Assembly: GCA_963662545.2 (NCBI GenBank)
Contig: CAXXLL010000002.1
Location: 2,240,001-2,304,000 of the forward strand
DNA from: Gammaproteobacteria bacterium
GTDB taxonomy: Bacteria; Pseudomonadota; Gammaproteobacteria; Ga0077536
Reading direction: 5' to 3'
Length of the DNA stretch: 64,000 nucleotides
Shown: in pieces, positions 10,658 through 20,777 of the stretch
Layout of the letters: every line of letters starts with the position of its first letter
Position numbering within the stretch: the first letter of the stretch is position 1
Made by a program: the position numbers and the translations under genes
Notes under the pieces: model-generated
Told to the model about the DNA's origin: nothing
What the model saw: the letters and a program-made list of their open reading frames with translations, nothing else
Databases searched by the model: none

Positions 10658-10748
10658 GGTCCGGTCTGTGCCATACCTTCCGTCTTATGATGTAGCGCAA
10701 TGGCGTGGACACAGCCGGCGGTTGCCTGCCATTGTGATTCTTGCTCGA

Positions 10749-11642
10749 TCAACCACACTCGTCGACCCAACCCGCCCCCCCTACGTAGCCCAACCGGCGT
10801 AGTTCCTGCCCCGCGATTTCGTCGAATAAACAAGCCGCGGCTCGATCGAACTTATCTTTCCAATCGCTCGGTTTGCCCTTCCGCAGAAAACTCTTCCGGT
10901 TTTCTACGCCCGGGGCACGCTTCGCCTGGTTATGAAATGAATACTTCTCTGCGATGTTGGAAACTCGGCCAATGTCCACAGGTTCCCCAGTATGTGCAAG
11001 AACGATACGCTCCAGTTCCGAGACTGAACTGGCAACCATGCTCTCGTATTTCGTAAAAACCACGTCGCGATCAAACCAACTTCGCACGAACTTTGCCCAC
11101 GTAAAATGATACGGGCTGAACGAGCGTTCCTCGGAAGCAGTCACATACTCGATGAAACTGCGCATGTTGGCACGAACATCTTCATAATCACGAAATCCCA
11201 AACGTCGGCGCATTTTGGCCACTAGAGTGGGGGAGTTCTTGTCATTTTCGAAAAGCATATGAAAATAGAGAGAAGCCATGGCGTCGCGTCCATCGCGGAA
11301 AACGACTGTCACGTTCCGCATCAATGGCGAGTACAGCATATGACCATGCATGACGCATGACCGGAACCCAGGGTGGCGATTTCGTGGAAATGGAATGTCG
11401 AGATATTCGGCTATCATCTGCGATATCCAGGTGCCACCGGATTTCGGATACTCAGATACGATATACAGTGGGAGAATACCTGACACGGTATTCGTCATGA
11501 GCAATCGCTGCAATGCGTCGAATTTAATGAGGAACTGATTTCGAGTATCCATTTGGCATACCGATATAGCGGCGATTTCCCGGCTCGACCTGCCGAAGAT
11601 CGAACCTAACGGCTTGGAGAGAAGCCTCGTCGCATGATACAC
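10749..11642 (-). CDS. PAPS-dependent sulfotransferase (Sulfotransfer_1-like)
   Basis: 5'-PSB YPKSGGTW, 3'-PB RDGRDAMAS, C-terminal RKGKPSDWK; start uncertain. Confidence 0.85.
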   Translation of the reverse strand: MYHATRLLSKPLGSIFGRSSREIAAISVCQMDTRNQFLIKFDALQRLLMTNTVSGILPLYIVSEYPKSGGTWISQMIAEYLDIPFPRNRHPGFRSCVMHGHMLYSPLMRNVTVVFRDGRDAMASLYFHMLFENDKNSPTLVAKMRRRLGFRDYEDVRANMRSFIEYVTASEERSFSPYHFTWAKFVRSWFDRDVVFTKYESMVASSVSELERIVLAHTGEPVDIGRVSNIAEKYSFHNQAKRAPGVENRKSFLRKGKPSDWKDKFDRAAACLFDEIAGQELRRLGYVGGAGWVDECG

Positions 11643-11721
11643 AGCCGTGACCCCGCACTGTGGCCTCTATCTCGAAGGGTTCGACCTGTTTCGAACTCGA
11701 GCGTCGAGGACCGCGACCTTC

Positions 11722-13482
11722 CTATACGTCAGGTTGCCGTCTCATGATCAAGTAATCGCTAATTACGAGAATGTCCATTTTCGTGCGAATGAAGCAATCA
11801 AGCGCCTCCGAAGGATGGCATACGATCGGTTCATTTTCGTTAAACGATGTATTGAGGAGGATCGGAACCTGCGTCAACTGATGGAAAGCTTGTATCAACT
11901 GATAATACCTTCGATTGTGCTCGCGAATGACGGTCTGCAGCCGGCCTGACCCATCGACATGAGTCACTGCGGGAATTAACGATCGCTTATCTTCTCGGAT
12001 TTGAAACACTTTCATCATGAACGGGACATCGTCGTCCTCTTCAAACCATTCATTCACGTGCTCGCGCAATATAGAGGGTGCGAATGGTCGAAACGACTCT
12101 CTCCTCTTAATCTTTGAATTCAAAATGTCTTTCATATCCGAGCGACGCGGGTCACAGAGAATAGAGCGATTTCCCAGAGCCCGGGGACCCCATTCCATTT
12201 TTCCCTGAAACCACCCAATAACCAGACCTGCTGCAATATATTCCGCTGTTCGTGCAGCCAAAGTCGGAAAATCCTCTAACAGCTCAATGGTGCAATTTCT
12301 TTCGAATTGTTCACTCGCTTGGCCGATCACAGATTTGATGTCCGAGTTGGAATAGCTTGGCCCAAGGTAGGCGTGCATCATTCTGTCCGCAGGTACGCGA
12401 CCATTAACACCGCGCCACGCCTCGTACGCGGCCCCGATGGCGCCACCTGCATCGCCGGCGGCAGATTGAACATAACTGCGCTCGAACAAGGAATTGCGTT
12501 TGATCTTGCCGTTTGCGACGGAGTTCATGCCGCAGCCGCCGGCAATAGCGATTGAGTCGAGCCCGTATGTCTCGCGCAATCTCGCCAGTAAATTGAAATA
12601 CACTTCCTCGTACCTGGCTTGGACCGAATGGGCAATGCTCTTATGGCGTTCTTCCAGTGGTTCGTTACTCCGCCGCGCCGGCCCTAAAAGTTCCATGAGC
12701 TGCGGTGAAAACATTGTGCCAACCGATGGAACCCCTCCGCTCCAGGCATAATCTATCTTTTCCCTGTGATGTCTGAAATATTGGAGATCTAGTTCGAAAC
12801 TTCCATCGGGATGACTGCGGACGATCTCGCGCATCTCCTCCATGTAAATTGGCTTCCCGTATGGCGCAAGTCCCATCACCTTGTATTCGTCACCATAATT
12901 TGGAAACCCGAGAAATTGTGTCAATGCCTGGTAGAAAACACCGAGCGAATGAGGGAAAAACACTCGCCCTTCAATTTTAATTCGGCCGTCCGCGCCGACA
13001 CCCCACGCTGCGCTCGAAAAATCACCGAAGCCATCGACAGATACTACGACGGCCTTTTCGAATGAGCTCCCATAAAAGGCCGAAGCCAAATGACACAGAT
13101 GATGTTCAACGGCAACAATCTCCGCATTCAATCTTCTTCCGGGAAAGTGGCTCTCGAATTCAGTTTTGATCGAGTGGCGCTTTTTTCTATTTCTAATCCG
13201 ATCAATGATCAACGAAAGAGGGGCTTGACCGGATAAGGCATAACGAAGTTTCTTAGTGAAGTGCGATCGCGAATTACTGTTAACGGCTATGTGGGTGATA
13301 TCTCCTACATCGATTCCACCTTCTTCAAGGCAGGAGGCTATCGCCTGCTGCGGGAACCCGGCCCAATGTTTCAGGCGGCGAAAGCGCTCCTCTTCTGCGG
13401 CTGCGACCAAAATCCCATCGACGACGAGGCAAGCAGACGAATCACCATGGTACGCATTGAGCCCGATTATGACGTTATTCAA
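11722..13482 (-). CDS. O-carbamoyltransferase (NodU/CmcH family)
   Basis: HGDSSA, EEERFRR, HHLCH, DGFGD, EYKVMGLAPYG, GPRALGNRSIL, KRRESFRPFAP, NTSFN. Confidence 0.95.
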   Translation of the reverse strand: MNNVIIGLNAYHGDSSACLVVDGILVAAAEEERFRRLKHWAGFPQQAIASCLEEGGIDVGDITHIAVNSNSRSHFTKKLRYALSGQAPLSLIIDRIRNRKKRHSIKTEFESHFPGRRLNAEIVAVEHHLCHLASAFYGSSFEKAVVVSVDGFGDFSSAAWGVGADGRIKIEGRVFFPHSLGVFYQALTQFLGFPNYGDEYKVMGLAPYGKPIYMEEMREIVRSHPDGSFELDLQYFRHHREKIDYAWSGGVPSVGTMFSPQLMELLGPARRSNEPLEERHKSIAHSVQARYEEVYFNLLARLRETYGLDSIAIAGGCGMNSVANGKIKRNSLFERSYVQSAAGDAGGAIGAAYEAWRGVNGRVPADRMMHAYLGPSYSNSDIKSVIGQASEQFERNCTIELLEDFPTLAARTAEYIAAGLVIGWFQGKMEWGPRALGNRSILCDPRRSDMKDILNSKIKRRESFRPFAPSILREHVNEWFEEDDDVPFMMKVFQIREDKRSLIPAVTHVDGSGRLQTVIREHNRRYYQLIQAFHQLTQVPILLNTSFNENEPIVCHPSEALDCFIRTKMDILVISDYLIMRRQPDV

Positions 13483-13565
13483 TCAATTTCCCTTTGCCGC
13501 GCGATACTCAGCACGGCGTGATAGCACGGACGCAGCACTAGAGTTCGAAGTATCGCAGGCCTTCA

Positions 13566-14650
13566 TCAATGGGCACTCGCGCTCGGGCCGCCACCGAGCA
13601 CGCGCGCGTAAAATATCTTGTAAGCCATGGCCATTTCGTCCGGGCGCAAGAAGTTCATATCCTCCTGCATTACCTTAATGTCTCTCAGGCGCAATGGACG
13701 CGCAAGAATATCAGTAAGTATCGCGCCGAGTTCCGCCGGATCCGCCGGGTTGAAAAAACACGAACTATCTGCATTCGGGAACAGCGCCTGATGTGCCGGT
13801 ATATTCGACAATAGGACCGGGAGACCGAGATACACCGCCTCCATCACAGCGTTGGGCGCGCCCTCGTAAAGAGAAGGTGATATCAAGAGATCTGCGTCGC
13901 ACATCGTTGCTGCTATGTCGGGTTGATAACCGACCAGCTTTATGCGCCCATCCATTCCGGCTGAAGAAATGAGCGATTTCACGATTTCACTACCCTCGCC
14001 TTGTCCACATATCGTTAAAGTCCACCGCGGATCATCGGCCAGGTCTCGGAGCGCAGAAATTAGGCACAACAAATTTTTCTGTCCGGTGATACGACCGACG
14101 AACAGCAACCGAAGACGCCCATTATTATTAGACCGCACGGCACTGTTTCTTGCCGCGTCTGGTAGATCGAGCGCATTGCCGATAACCGCGCCGATCTTTC
14201 GCAAGAAAAGTCGGCGATACTGAATCGCGTTTTGGGACACTGAATTATTCGACACAACTCCGGCGCAGGTGATAATTGCGCTGAAATATTCGACCACCCG
14301 CCGCATGTCTCGAAACCACATTCGATTTCGGTATGACAAGATGCATGGTCGCCCTTCCAGCCAGGCCGCCCACATCGCCGGTATCGACATCGACGGTGGT
14401 AGCCACGCATGCACAATATCAGGATTGCGGTCGCGAATTAATTGCCGAACACTTTTCATAATCGCTACCGGCTTGCGGTCCGCCTCCGGAAACGACATAC
14501 ATGATTCCCCTAGTTGTGAGGCATAGCCGGCATCGTGAATGCAGAAAATTGACGACCTCACGGCCGCCGTGTGGAGCGCCTCGTGAAGAAGTCGTAGTTG
14601 GCGCTCGGCGCCCCCCCTTCCAAAGAATGGATGCAATGCAGGACATGCAT
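13566..14650 (-). CDS. GT4-family glycosyltransferase, frameshifted in a G7 tract near its 5' end
   Basis: ATG 14650 gives MHVLHCIHSLE-(G7). One extra G joins it to GGAERQL...FVGRITGQKN...SLYEGAPNAVMEA. Confidence 0.8.
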
Positions 14651-14723
14651 AGAGTGATGGGATCAATAGATTCGCTAGCTGTACAGCACATTAAATCATA
14701 CGGGCCGACGAACTACCGAACTC

Positions 14724-15584
14724 TCAACCGTGCCGTTGCGCGAACTCCGCACGCATCTTTTCATAAAGCGGCGTCAGCTTAGTGCGAATCACGTCCAGTT
14801 CCTGCTGAGTGAATTTGCTGATCGCGCCGCGATTGACGTCTTTCACGATCGCTATTTGACCAATCCTTACGTTCCGCAATGCGAAGCCAGGACGGTTTTC
14901 GCTGTCCTGCCTCTTCAGATTCACGGCACGTGGCTCGAGGCACGCCCATTGGGCGACCCTCTCGCAGACCTCATCCGTATTAGCGACGAGCGTTTCATAA
15001 CTAATCCCCGTCACCAAGTCTCTAAAGTCTGCTGATTCCGCCATAAAACGTTCATGAAGAATAATCCAGAAATCGCAGAGCTTTTCAAGCGGCGCATTGC
15101 GGAAGAGCGTCCATTTTCGTCGAAGACCCTCGATGTGACTCGCGGGTTCTCTGAACACGAGTACAAAGTGACCTTCGGGATAGGCCGCGTGCAACTGCCG
15201 GCTTCGCAGAAGATGTGCGTTAGGCGCCTTATCTATGACCACTCTACCCAGCTTCGGAAGCGGCGATTCCCTGCAGTACTGACGTGCAAGCGAACGTCGG
15301 AGCGTTGCTTGATCGATTTCCGCCGGTATCTGCAAGGCGTCGGTGAATTGCGCAAGCGATGCAAACTTAACGGTTGATTCCAAGAAAAACGGCGATCCAA
15401 AAGGTGCTCGCAGCGCACTCTCATCCGCGAATGCGCCAACTCGATACCTTTCATGCAGCAGCGCGGCTAAAAGCGTATTGCCACAACCGGCAATGCCACA
15501 GACAAATAACGGTTCGAAGTCGTCATCACCTAAATGCATCAGTCCCCGAATGGATTTAAGGGCTCCCGTTAGCGTAGGGCGCAT
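14724..15584 (-). CDS. Sulfotransferase family protein (Sulfotransfer_3-like)
   Basis: LFVCGIAGCGNTLL (PSB-like), IDKAPNAH, FVLVFREP, ISYETLV. Confidence 0.7.
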   Translation of the reverse strand: MRPTLTGALKSIRGLMHLGDDDFEPLFVCGIAGCGNTLLAALLHERYRVGAFADESALRAPFGSPFFLESTVKFASLAQFTDALQIPAEIDQATLRRSLARQYCRESPLPKLGRVVIDKAPNAHLLRSRQLHAAYPEGHFVLVFREPASHIEGLRRKWTLFRNAPLEKLCDFWIILHERFMAESADFRDLVTGISYETLVANTDEVCERVAQWACLEPRAVNLKRQDSENRPGFALRNVRIGQIAIVKDVNRGAISKFTQQELDVIRTKLTPLYEKMRAEFAQRHG

Positions 15585-15599
15585 GCAATGTCTCCGCCA

Positions 15600-16127
15600 C
15601 TAATCGCAAAAGCGCTTCTCAAGCAGCTCACGCTTCTCCCGTAGTGATTTGCTACGGATTCGAAATGCACGGGGTTCGATCTTTTTACGATACGCGTCTA
15701 TGGATCCGAGCACACGAGCCGGCGAACCTGCAGCCACAGAATTGGCAGGTATGTCACGTGTGACCACGGATCCGGCTCCAATAACGACATTGTCACCGAC
15801 ACTCACCCCAGGCAAAAGAATAGTCCCGAAACCGACGAAAACATTGTTCCCAATGGTAATCGGTCCGATTATGTCGAGTTCGGGATCCTCGGACCTAAAT
15901 ACCCACACGCCCCCATCGTGGGTAACGAATTGTACGCGCGCCGTTATGGTTACGTGGTTCCCGATCGAGACCAGGTACGGTTCACGTCCGAAGGTACCGC
16001 CATGAATACCAATGAGCCGCGCGTTCTCTCCTACACGGACGCCGATCGAACGAGCGAATTTGACAGGATCAGACTTAATCGCCCATAGATTTAGAAATGC
16101 TCTGTATGCTTTCGCGACGACGCTCAT
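15600..16127 (-). CDS. Hexapeptide-repeat O-acyltransferase
   Basis: EPYLVSIGNHVTI, THDGG, IGNNVFVG...VGDNVVIGAGSVVTRDIP...AAGSPARV. Confidence 0.9.
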   Translation of the reverse strand: MSVVAKAYRAFLNLWAIKSDPVKFARSIGVRVGENARLIGIHGGTFGREPYLVSIGNHVTITARVQFVTHDGGVWVFRSEDPELDIIGPITIGNNVFVGFGTILLPGVSVGDNVVIGAGSVVTRDIPANSVAAGSPARVLGSIDAYRKKIEPRAFRIRSKSLREKRELLEKRFCD

Positions 16128-19100
16128 AGTAAAAGCTATTTAGGCCATTTCACGTTCGATCAACGATTACTCACTGAAATTCTAGCTAGTGTCCGTCCAT
16201 AAACAGGCATTTTCTTCGATGGGCACGGAGAAATCGAGGTGTTGAAAGTAGGTTGTTGGAGCGGTAGCGGCGGTTCGGTGGGGGTCGAAGGGCTCTTCGA
16301 GCGTAATTGTGAGTACGTTCGCCGGCCGCAGAGCGCTGCAACCCAAAGTCGCCCGTTCGACGATATCGAGGAGGTCAGTTAGTGCGAGTGAACGTCGCTA
16401 TTCGAGTTGATAGCGCGCGAGCAGGCTGAGGTTGTAGGCGACCACAGAAGACCACACGTAGGCTTCGAAGTGCGGCAGGCTCTTCCAGGTGCAACGTGCC
16501 AATCCGTATGCACGCTTCAGGCAGGAGATACCGGCCTCGATGCCGGCGCATAGAAGTTGCGCAAGCGTCGATAGACCCACTGACTCTTGACCATGTCGGC
16601 GATCGCGAGCCCGCGCTTCTTGTGGAAGGCAACGTCTTCGATGCCTTCTGCTTTCGCCGCCCGGAGATTGTCGAGGCTCGCATAGCCGCCATCGGCGGCG
16701 ACCTGTCGTGGCATCGTCCCGTAGTGTGTTCGATGCCGTTCGAGCATCGGCATGAAGCGCTGACTATCGACCGGATTGCCTCGCTCGATGACCACGTCGA
16801 GGATGAGGCCACTGCGCCCCGAAGCCAGATTGATTTTGTGTCCGTACTGAACGTCGCGCGCACCCTTTATGATGATGTCGGTATGCGGCTCGAACAAGCT
16901 CACGCACTTCTCGCTCGCGGGGACCTTCTCACCGCCGAACACCCGCCGCTCAGTTTGCGAAATCACCTGCAGAACAAGTGTTTCGTAGTGCGCTACCTGC
17001 GCTAGCCAGTCCGGCAGTTCAACGCCGGTGACGCCCGGGCTCAGCAGCTGCTCACGTACCCTCGCTACCGCTTCCAAGGTTGAACGCGTCGCCCCAATCA
17101 AATCGCGATACGACGTTGGCGTTGCTTCGCACCACGCGCTACCACAGCGCCCGCGCACGCTTCCGCCAATCGAGTGTGGTTCACGAAGCACAACTCCGGC
17201 GCGCAGGCAACTCGCGCGCCTGTGCGAGCAGACGAACCACAACACGCACGCCATCCCACAGCAGATGACTGTCGCTCGGCGCGTGGATGGCACTGTCCGT
17301 TACCGTGCTATCAATCCGTACACGCTATGCCGGCTCAATGCGCGTCTCTGCCGTCGCCAGCAGGGCGCGATGAATAGACTCCCACGTCGATACCTGGATC
17401 GCCGAGACCACCCGCTGTAAGGCAGACTTCTTCGGACGTTCATTACCCGGCAACCGGGCGAAGGCCTGAAAGCTCGCCGAGTCCTGCAGGTGAAAGGCCA
17501 GCTCCTCGTAACTCAATTGCCGGTGCTGCTTGAGTCAGTTCGCGCAGCGCTCACCTAACTCCGCCACAGTCCGCGTCCATCGGTGGGTCAAACCCCGCCG
17601 ACATTGTACGCGCGCCGTTATGGTTACGTGGTTCCCGATCGAGCCACCAGGACGGTTCAGTCCGAAGGTACCGCCATCGAATACCAATGAGCCGCGCGTT
17701 TCTCCTACACGGACGCCGATGGAACGAGCGAATTTGACAGGATCAGACTTAATCGCCCATAGATTAGAAATGCTCTGGAGCTTTCGCGACGACGCTCATA
17801 GTAAAAGCTATTTAGGCCATTTCACGTTCGATCAACGATTACTCACTGAAATTCTAGCTAGTGTCCGTCCATAAACAGGCATTTTCTTCGATGGGCACGG
17901 AGAAATCGAGGTGTTGAAAGTAGGTTGTTGGAGCGGTAGCGGCGGTTCGGTGGGGGTCGAAGGGCTCTTCGAGCGTAATTGTGAGTACGTTCGCCGGCCG
18001 CAGAGCGCTGCAACCCAAAGTCGCCCGTTCGACGATATCGAGGAGGTCAGTTAGTGCGAGTGAACGTCGCTATTCGAGTTGATAGCGCGCGAGCAGGCTG
18101 AGGTTGTAGGCGACCACAGAAGACCACACGTAGGCTTCGAAGTGCGGCAGGCTCTTCCAGGTGCAACGTGCCAATCCGTATGCACGCTTCAGGCAGGAGA
18201 TACCGGCCTCGATGCCGGCGCGGAAGTTGCGCAAGCGTCGATAGACCCACTGACTCTTGACCATGTCGGCGATCGCGAGCCCGCGCTTCTTGTGGAAGGC
18301 AACGTCTTCGATGCCTTCTGCTTTCGCCGCCCGGAGATTGTCGAGGCTCGCATAGCCGCCATCGGCGGCGACCTGTCGTGGCATCGTCCCGTAGTGTGTT
18401 CGATGCCGTTCGAGCATCGGCATGAAGCGCTGACTATCGACCGGATTGCCTCGCTCGATGACCACGTCGAGGATGAGGCCACTGCGCCCCGAAGCCAGAT
18501 TGATTTTGTGTCCGTACTGAACGTCGCGCGCACCCTTTATGATGATGTCGGTATGCGGCTCGAACAAGCTCACGCACTTCTCGCTCGCGGGGACCTTCTC
18601 ACCGCCGAACACCCGCCGCTCAGTTTGCGAAATCACCTGCAGAACAAGTGTTTCGTAGTGCGCTACCTGCGCTAGCCAGTCCGGCAGTTCAACGCCGGTG
18701 ACGCCCGGGCTCAGCAGCTGCTCACGTACCCTCGCTACCGCTTCCAAGGTTGAACGCGTCGCCCCAATCAAATCGCGATACAGACGTTGGCGTTGCTTCG
18801 CACCACGCGCATACCACAGCGCCCGCGCACGCTTCTTCGCCAATCGAGTGTGGTTCACGAAGCACAACTCCGGCGCGCCAGGCAACTCGCGCGCCTGTGC
18901 GAGCAGACGAACCACAACACGCACGCCATCCCACAGCAGATGACTGTCGCTCGGCGCGTGGATGGCACTGTCCGTTACCGTGCTATCAATCCGTACACGC
19001 TGTGCCGGCTCAATGCGCGTCTCTTTCGCCGTCGCCAGCAGGGCGCGATGAATAGACTCCCACGTCGATACCTGGATCGCCGAGACCACCCGCTGTAAGG

Positions 19101-19281
19101 CAGACTTCTTCGGACGTTCATTACCCGGCAACCGGGCGAAGGCCTGAAAGCTCGCCGAGTCCTGCAGGTGAAAGGCCAGCTCCTCGTAACTCAATTGCCG
19201 GTGCTGCTTGAGCACCGCGCAGCGCAGCACCGACTCCGCCGACAGTCCGCGTCGACCGGTGGGCTTCAAACCCCGCCGACA
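15929..19281. repeat. ~1.67 kb tandem duplication (15929-17602 / 17603-19281) of the acyltransferase 5' end plus most of the IS
   Basis: Sequence from 15929 reappears at 17603; the two units are near-identical except around the junction. Confidence 0.85.
16186..17603 (-). pseudogene. Truncated, indel-rich copy of the ISNCY-like element
   Basis: Matches 17858-19281 with many 1-4 nt deletions, mostly in 17110-17600; lacks the left end and start codon. Confidence 0.8.
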
Positions 19282-19556
19282 CAGATCGTTCATGACCGGC
19301 GTGAGGACCTTGGGGTGAGCATCGAGCCACTCGGACATGCCCTGCAGCTCTCGCCCCAGGTCATGGTCAGCAAACAGCTCGTATATACTCGCTTGGGCCG
19401 TGCGTTTCTGACGCATTCCCCCTCCTGTGGTGTCGATGATTGTGTGGAAAATCAGAGGTTTGAAGTTCCATTAGATCACGACCTACCGGAGGTTTCGATC
19501 CCTTAAGCGACAAATTTTCCTTTTTATTTCAACCGCATCGCGTTTAGGGATGCACA
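17858..19556 (-). mobile_element. ISNCY/IS5-like insertion sequence, copy A (1699 bp), flanked by CTAG
   Basis: Imperfect TIRs TGTGCATCCCTAAAC / TGTCCGTCCATAAAC; same sequence and length as copy B at 37122-38820. Confidence 0.9.
18070..19416 (-). CDS. DDE transposase (ISNCY/IS5-like), 448 aa
   Basis: RIDSTV, SLFEPHTDII.KG, AADGGYAS, RNFRAGIEAGISCLKR. Confidence 0.9.
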   Translation of the reverse strand: MRQKRTAQASIYELFADHDLGRELQGMSEWLDAHPKVLTPVMNDLCRRGLKPTGRRGLSAESVLRCAVLKQHRQLSYEELAFHLQDSASFQAFARLPGNERPKKSALQRVVSAIQVSTWESIHRALLATAKETRIEPAQRVRIDSTVTDSAIHAPSDSHLLWDGVRVVVRLLAQARELPGAPELCFVNHTRLAKKRARALWYARGAKQRQRLYRDLIGATRSTLEAVARVREQLLSPGVTGVELPDWLAQVAHYETLVLQVISQTERRVFGGEKVPASEKCVSLFEPHTDIIIKGARDVQYGHKINLASGRSGLILDVVIERGNPVDSQRFMPMLERHRTHYGTMPRQVAADGGYASLDNLRAAKAEGIEDVAFHKKRGLAIADMVKSQWVYRRLRNFRAGIEAGISCLKRAYGLARCTWKSLPHFEAYVWSSVVAYNLSLLARYQLE

Positions 19557-20767
19557 CTAGCTATCTGGATGCCTTGAAGGGTGAATTTCAAGGCTGCACC
19601 CAATAAAACCGAGATAGCCGCGCCACTCATCCCGTATAGAGGAACAAGGACGTAACAACCGGCACCGACAGCCGCCGTAACGGGCACCGAAACTATGGCC
19701 TGAGAAACAAAGCTCCGAGAAGCAGTTACGCCCACGCCGATGATCGCCGCAACATACGTTGCAGCGCCGCCGAGCATCACCCAGATAAATACATCCTCAT
19801 GTCCGGAGTATTCTGAGGTATATAGTAATGAAAGGAGAGTATTCCCCCATCCCATCGCAAGCAATACTCCGAATACGCCTAATAATAATGCAGCCACTAC
19901 GAGCTTTACCATCAGCCGTTTAAACGCGACTATGTCCTCACGAAAATAAACTGCGAGTCGGGGTAGTGCGGTCTGGCCCATAGCGTTAACGACGGTCGCA
20001 CCCGTCATGGCTACATAAGCAATACCGGCATATATCCCGACCATGCTTTCATCAAAATATTTATCGAGCGCGAAGCGCGGTAAGCTCAGTTGCAAGGTGT
20101 TCAGCGCCAAAACGATGCCTATCGGAAACGCGAGAATCATGAGCCGCCGCATCTTATCGGGCGCAAAATTAGGGGCGATAGATTCAGTTTCTCCGCCTGG
20201 TCGAGCGTGTGTCTGACGCACAATAATATTATCGTAACCGAGCACGGGTACAATTCTGGACAATGCGAACGCAACTGATACGAGCACGATATTGGAAAAA
20301 TACTCGGCCGCTATGAGGATAAACAATACCGAAGTCACGCCCTTAATTGTCTGCGAGATCGATATCTCTCTGTACATCTCGCGCCTCTGCATGAATCCCT
20401 GTGCGATATCTCCAAGGGATTCCGCGGCTTTCGCAATAGAGACCCACAGAACCACCGCGCTGGTAGTATCGCTCCACCAGAAAATGGTCATCATGAATAT
20501 CAGGAGCAGTGACACGGCAGACGCTGCGATCCGCAATCCGAGATAGAGCGAAAAAGAGTACTCGGCGTTCACGTCCGTCGCCTGCACCGCTCGCAATCGA
20601 AAGCCTGCGAATGCGAATATTGGCGATGCGACGGCGAGTCCCAATGCGAACTGACCGACGGCCTGCGAGCCAAGCCATTTTGCGATCACGACAAGAACGA
20701 GCCACTGGGTCGCCGCGTAGGTAACATTTCCGCCGAGCATCCATGCGAACCCTCTTCGCAACGACAT
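19544..20767 (-). CDS. wzx: Wzx flippase; last codons and stop come from the IS
   Basis: Multi-TM polysaccharide biosynthesis protein (GNVTYAATQW, GQFALGLA, RAVQATD); stop TAA lies inside the IS end. Confidence 0.85.
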   Translation of the reverse strand: MSLRRGFAWMLGGNVTYAATQWLVLVVIAKWLGSQAVGQFALGLAVASPIFAFAGFRLRAVQATDVNAEYSFSLYLGLRIAASAVSLLLIFMMTIFWWSDTTSAVVLWVSIAKAAESLGDIAQGFMQRREMYREISISQTIKGVTSVLFILIAAEYFSNIVLVSVAFALSRIVPVLGYDNIIVRQTHARPGGETESIAPNFAPDKMRRLMILAFPIGIVLALNTLQLSLPRFALDKYFDESMVGIYAGIAYVAMTGATVVNAMGQTALPRLAVYFREDIVAFKRLMVKLVVAALLLGVFGVLLAMGWGNTLLSLLYTSEYSGHEDVFIWVMLGGAATYVAAIIGVGVTASRSFVSQAIVSVPVTAAVGAGCYVLVPLYGMSGAAISVLLGAALKFTLQGIQIASVHP

Positions 20768-20777
20768 TGCGGTCTAA

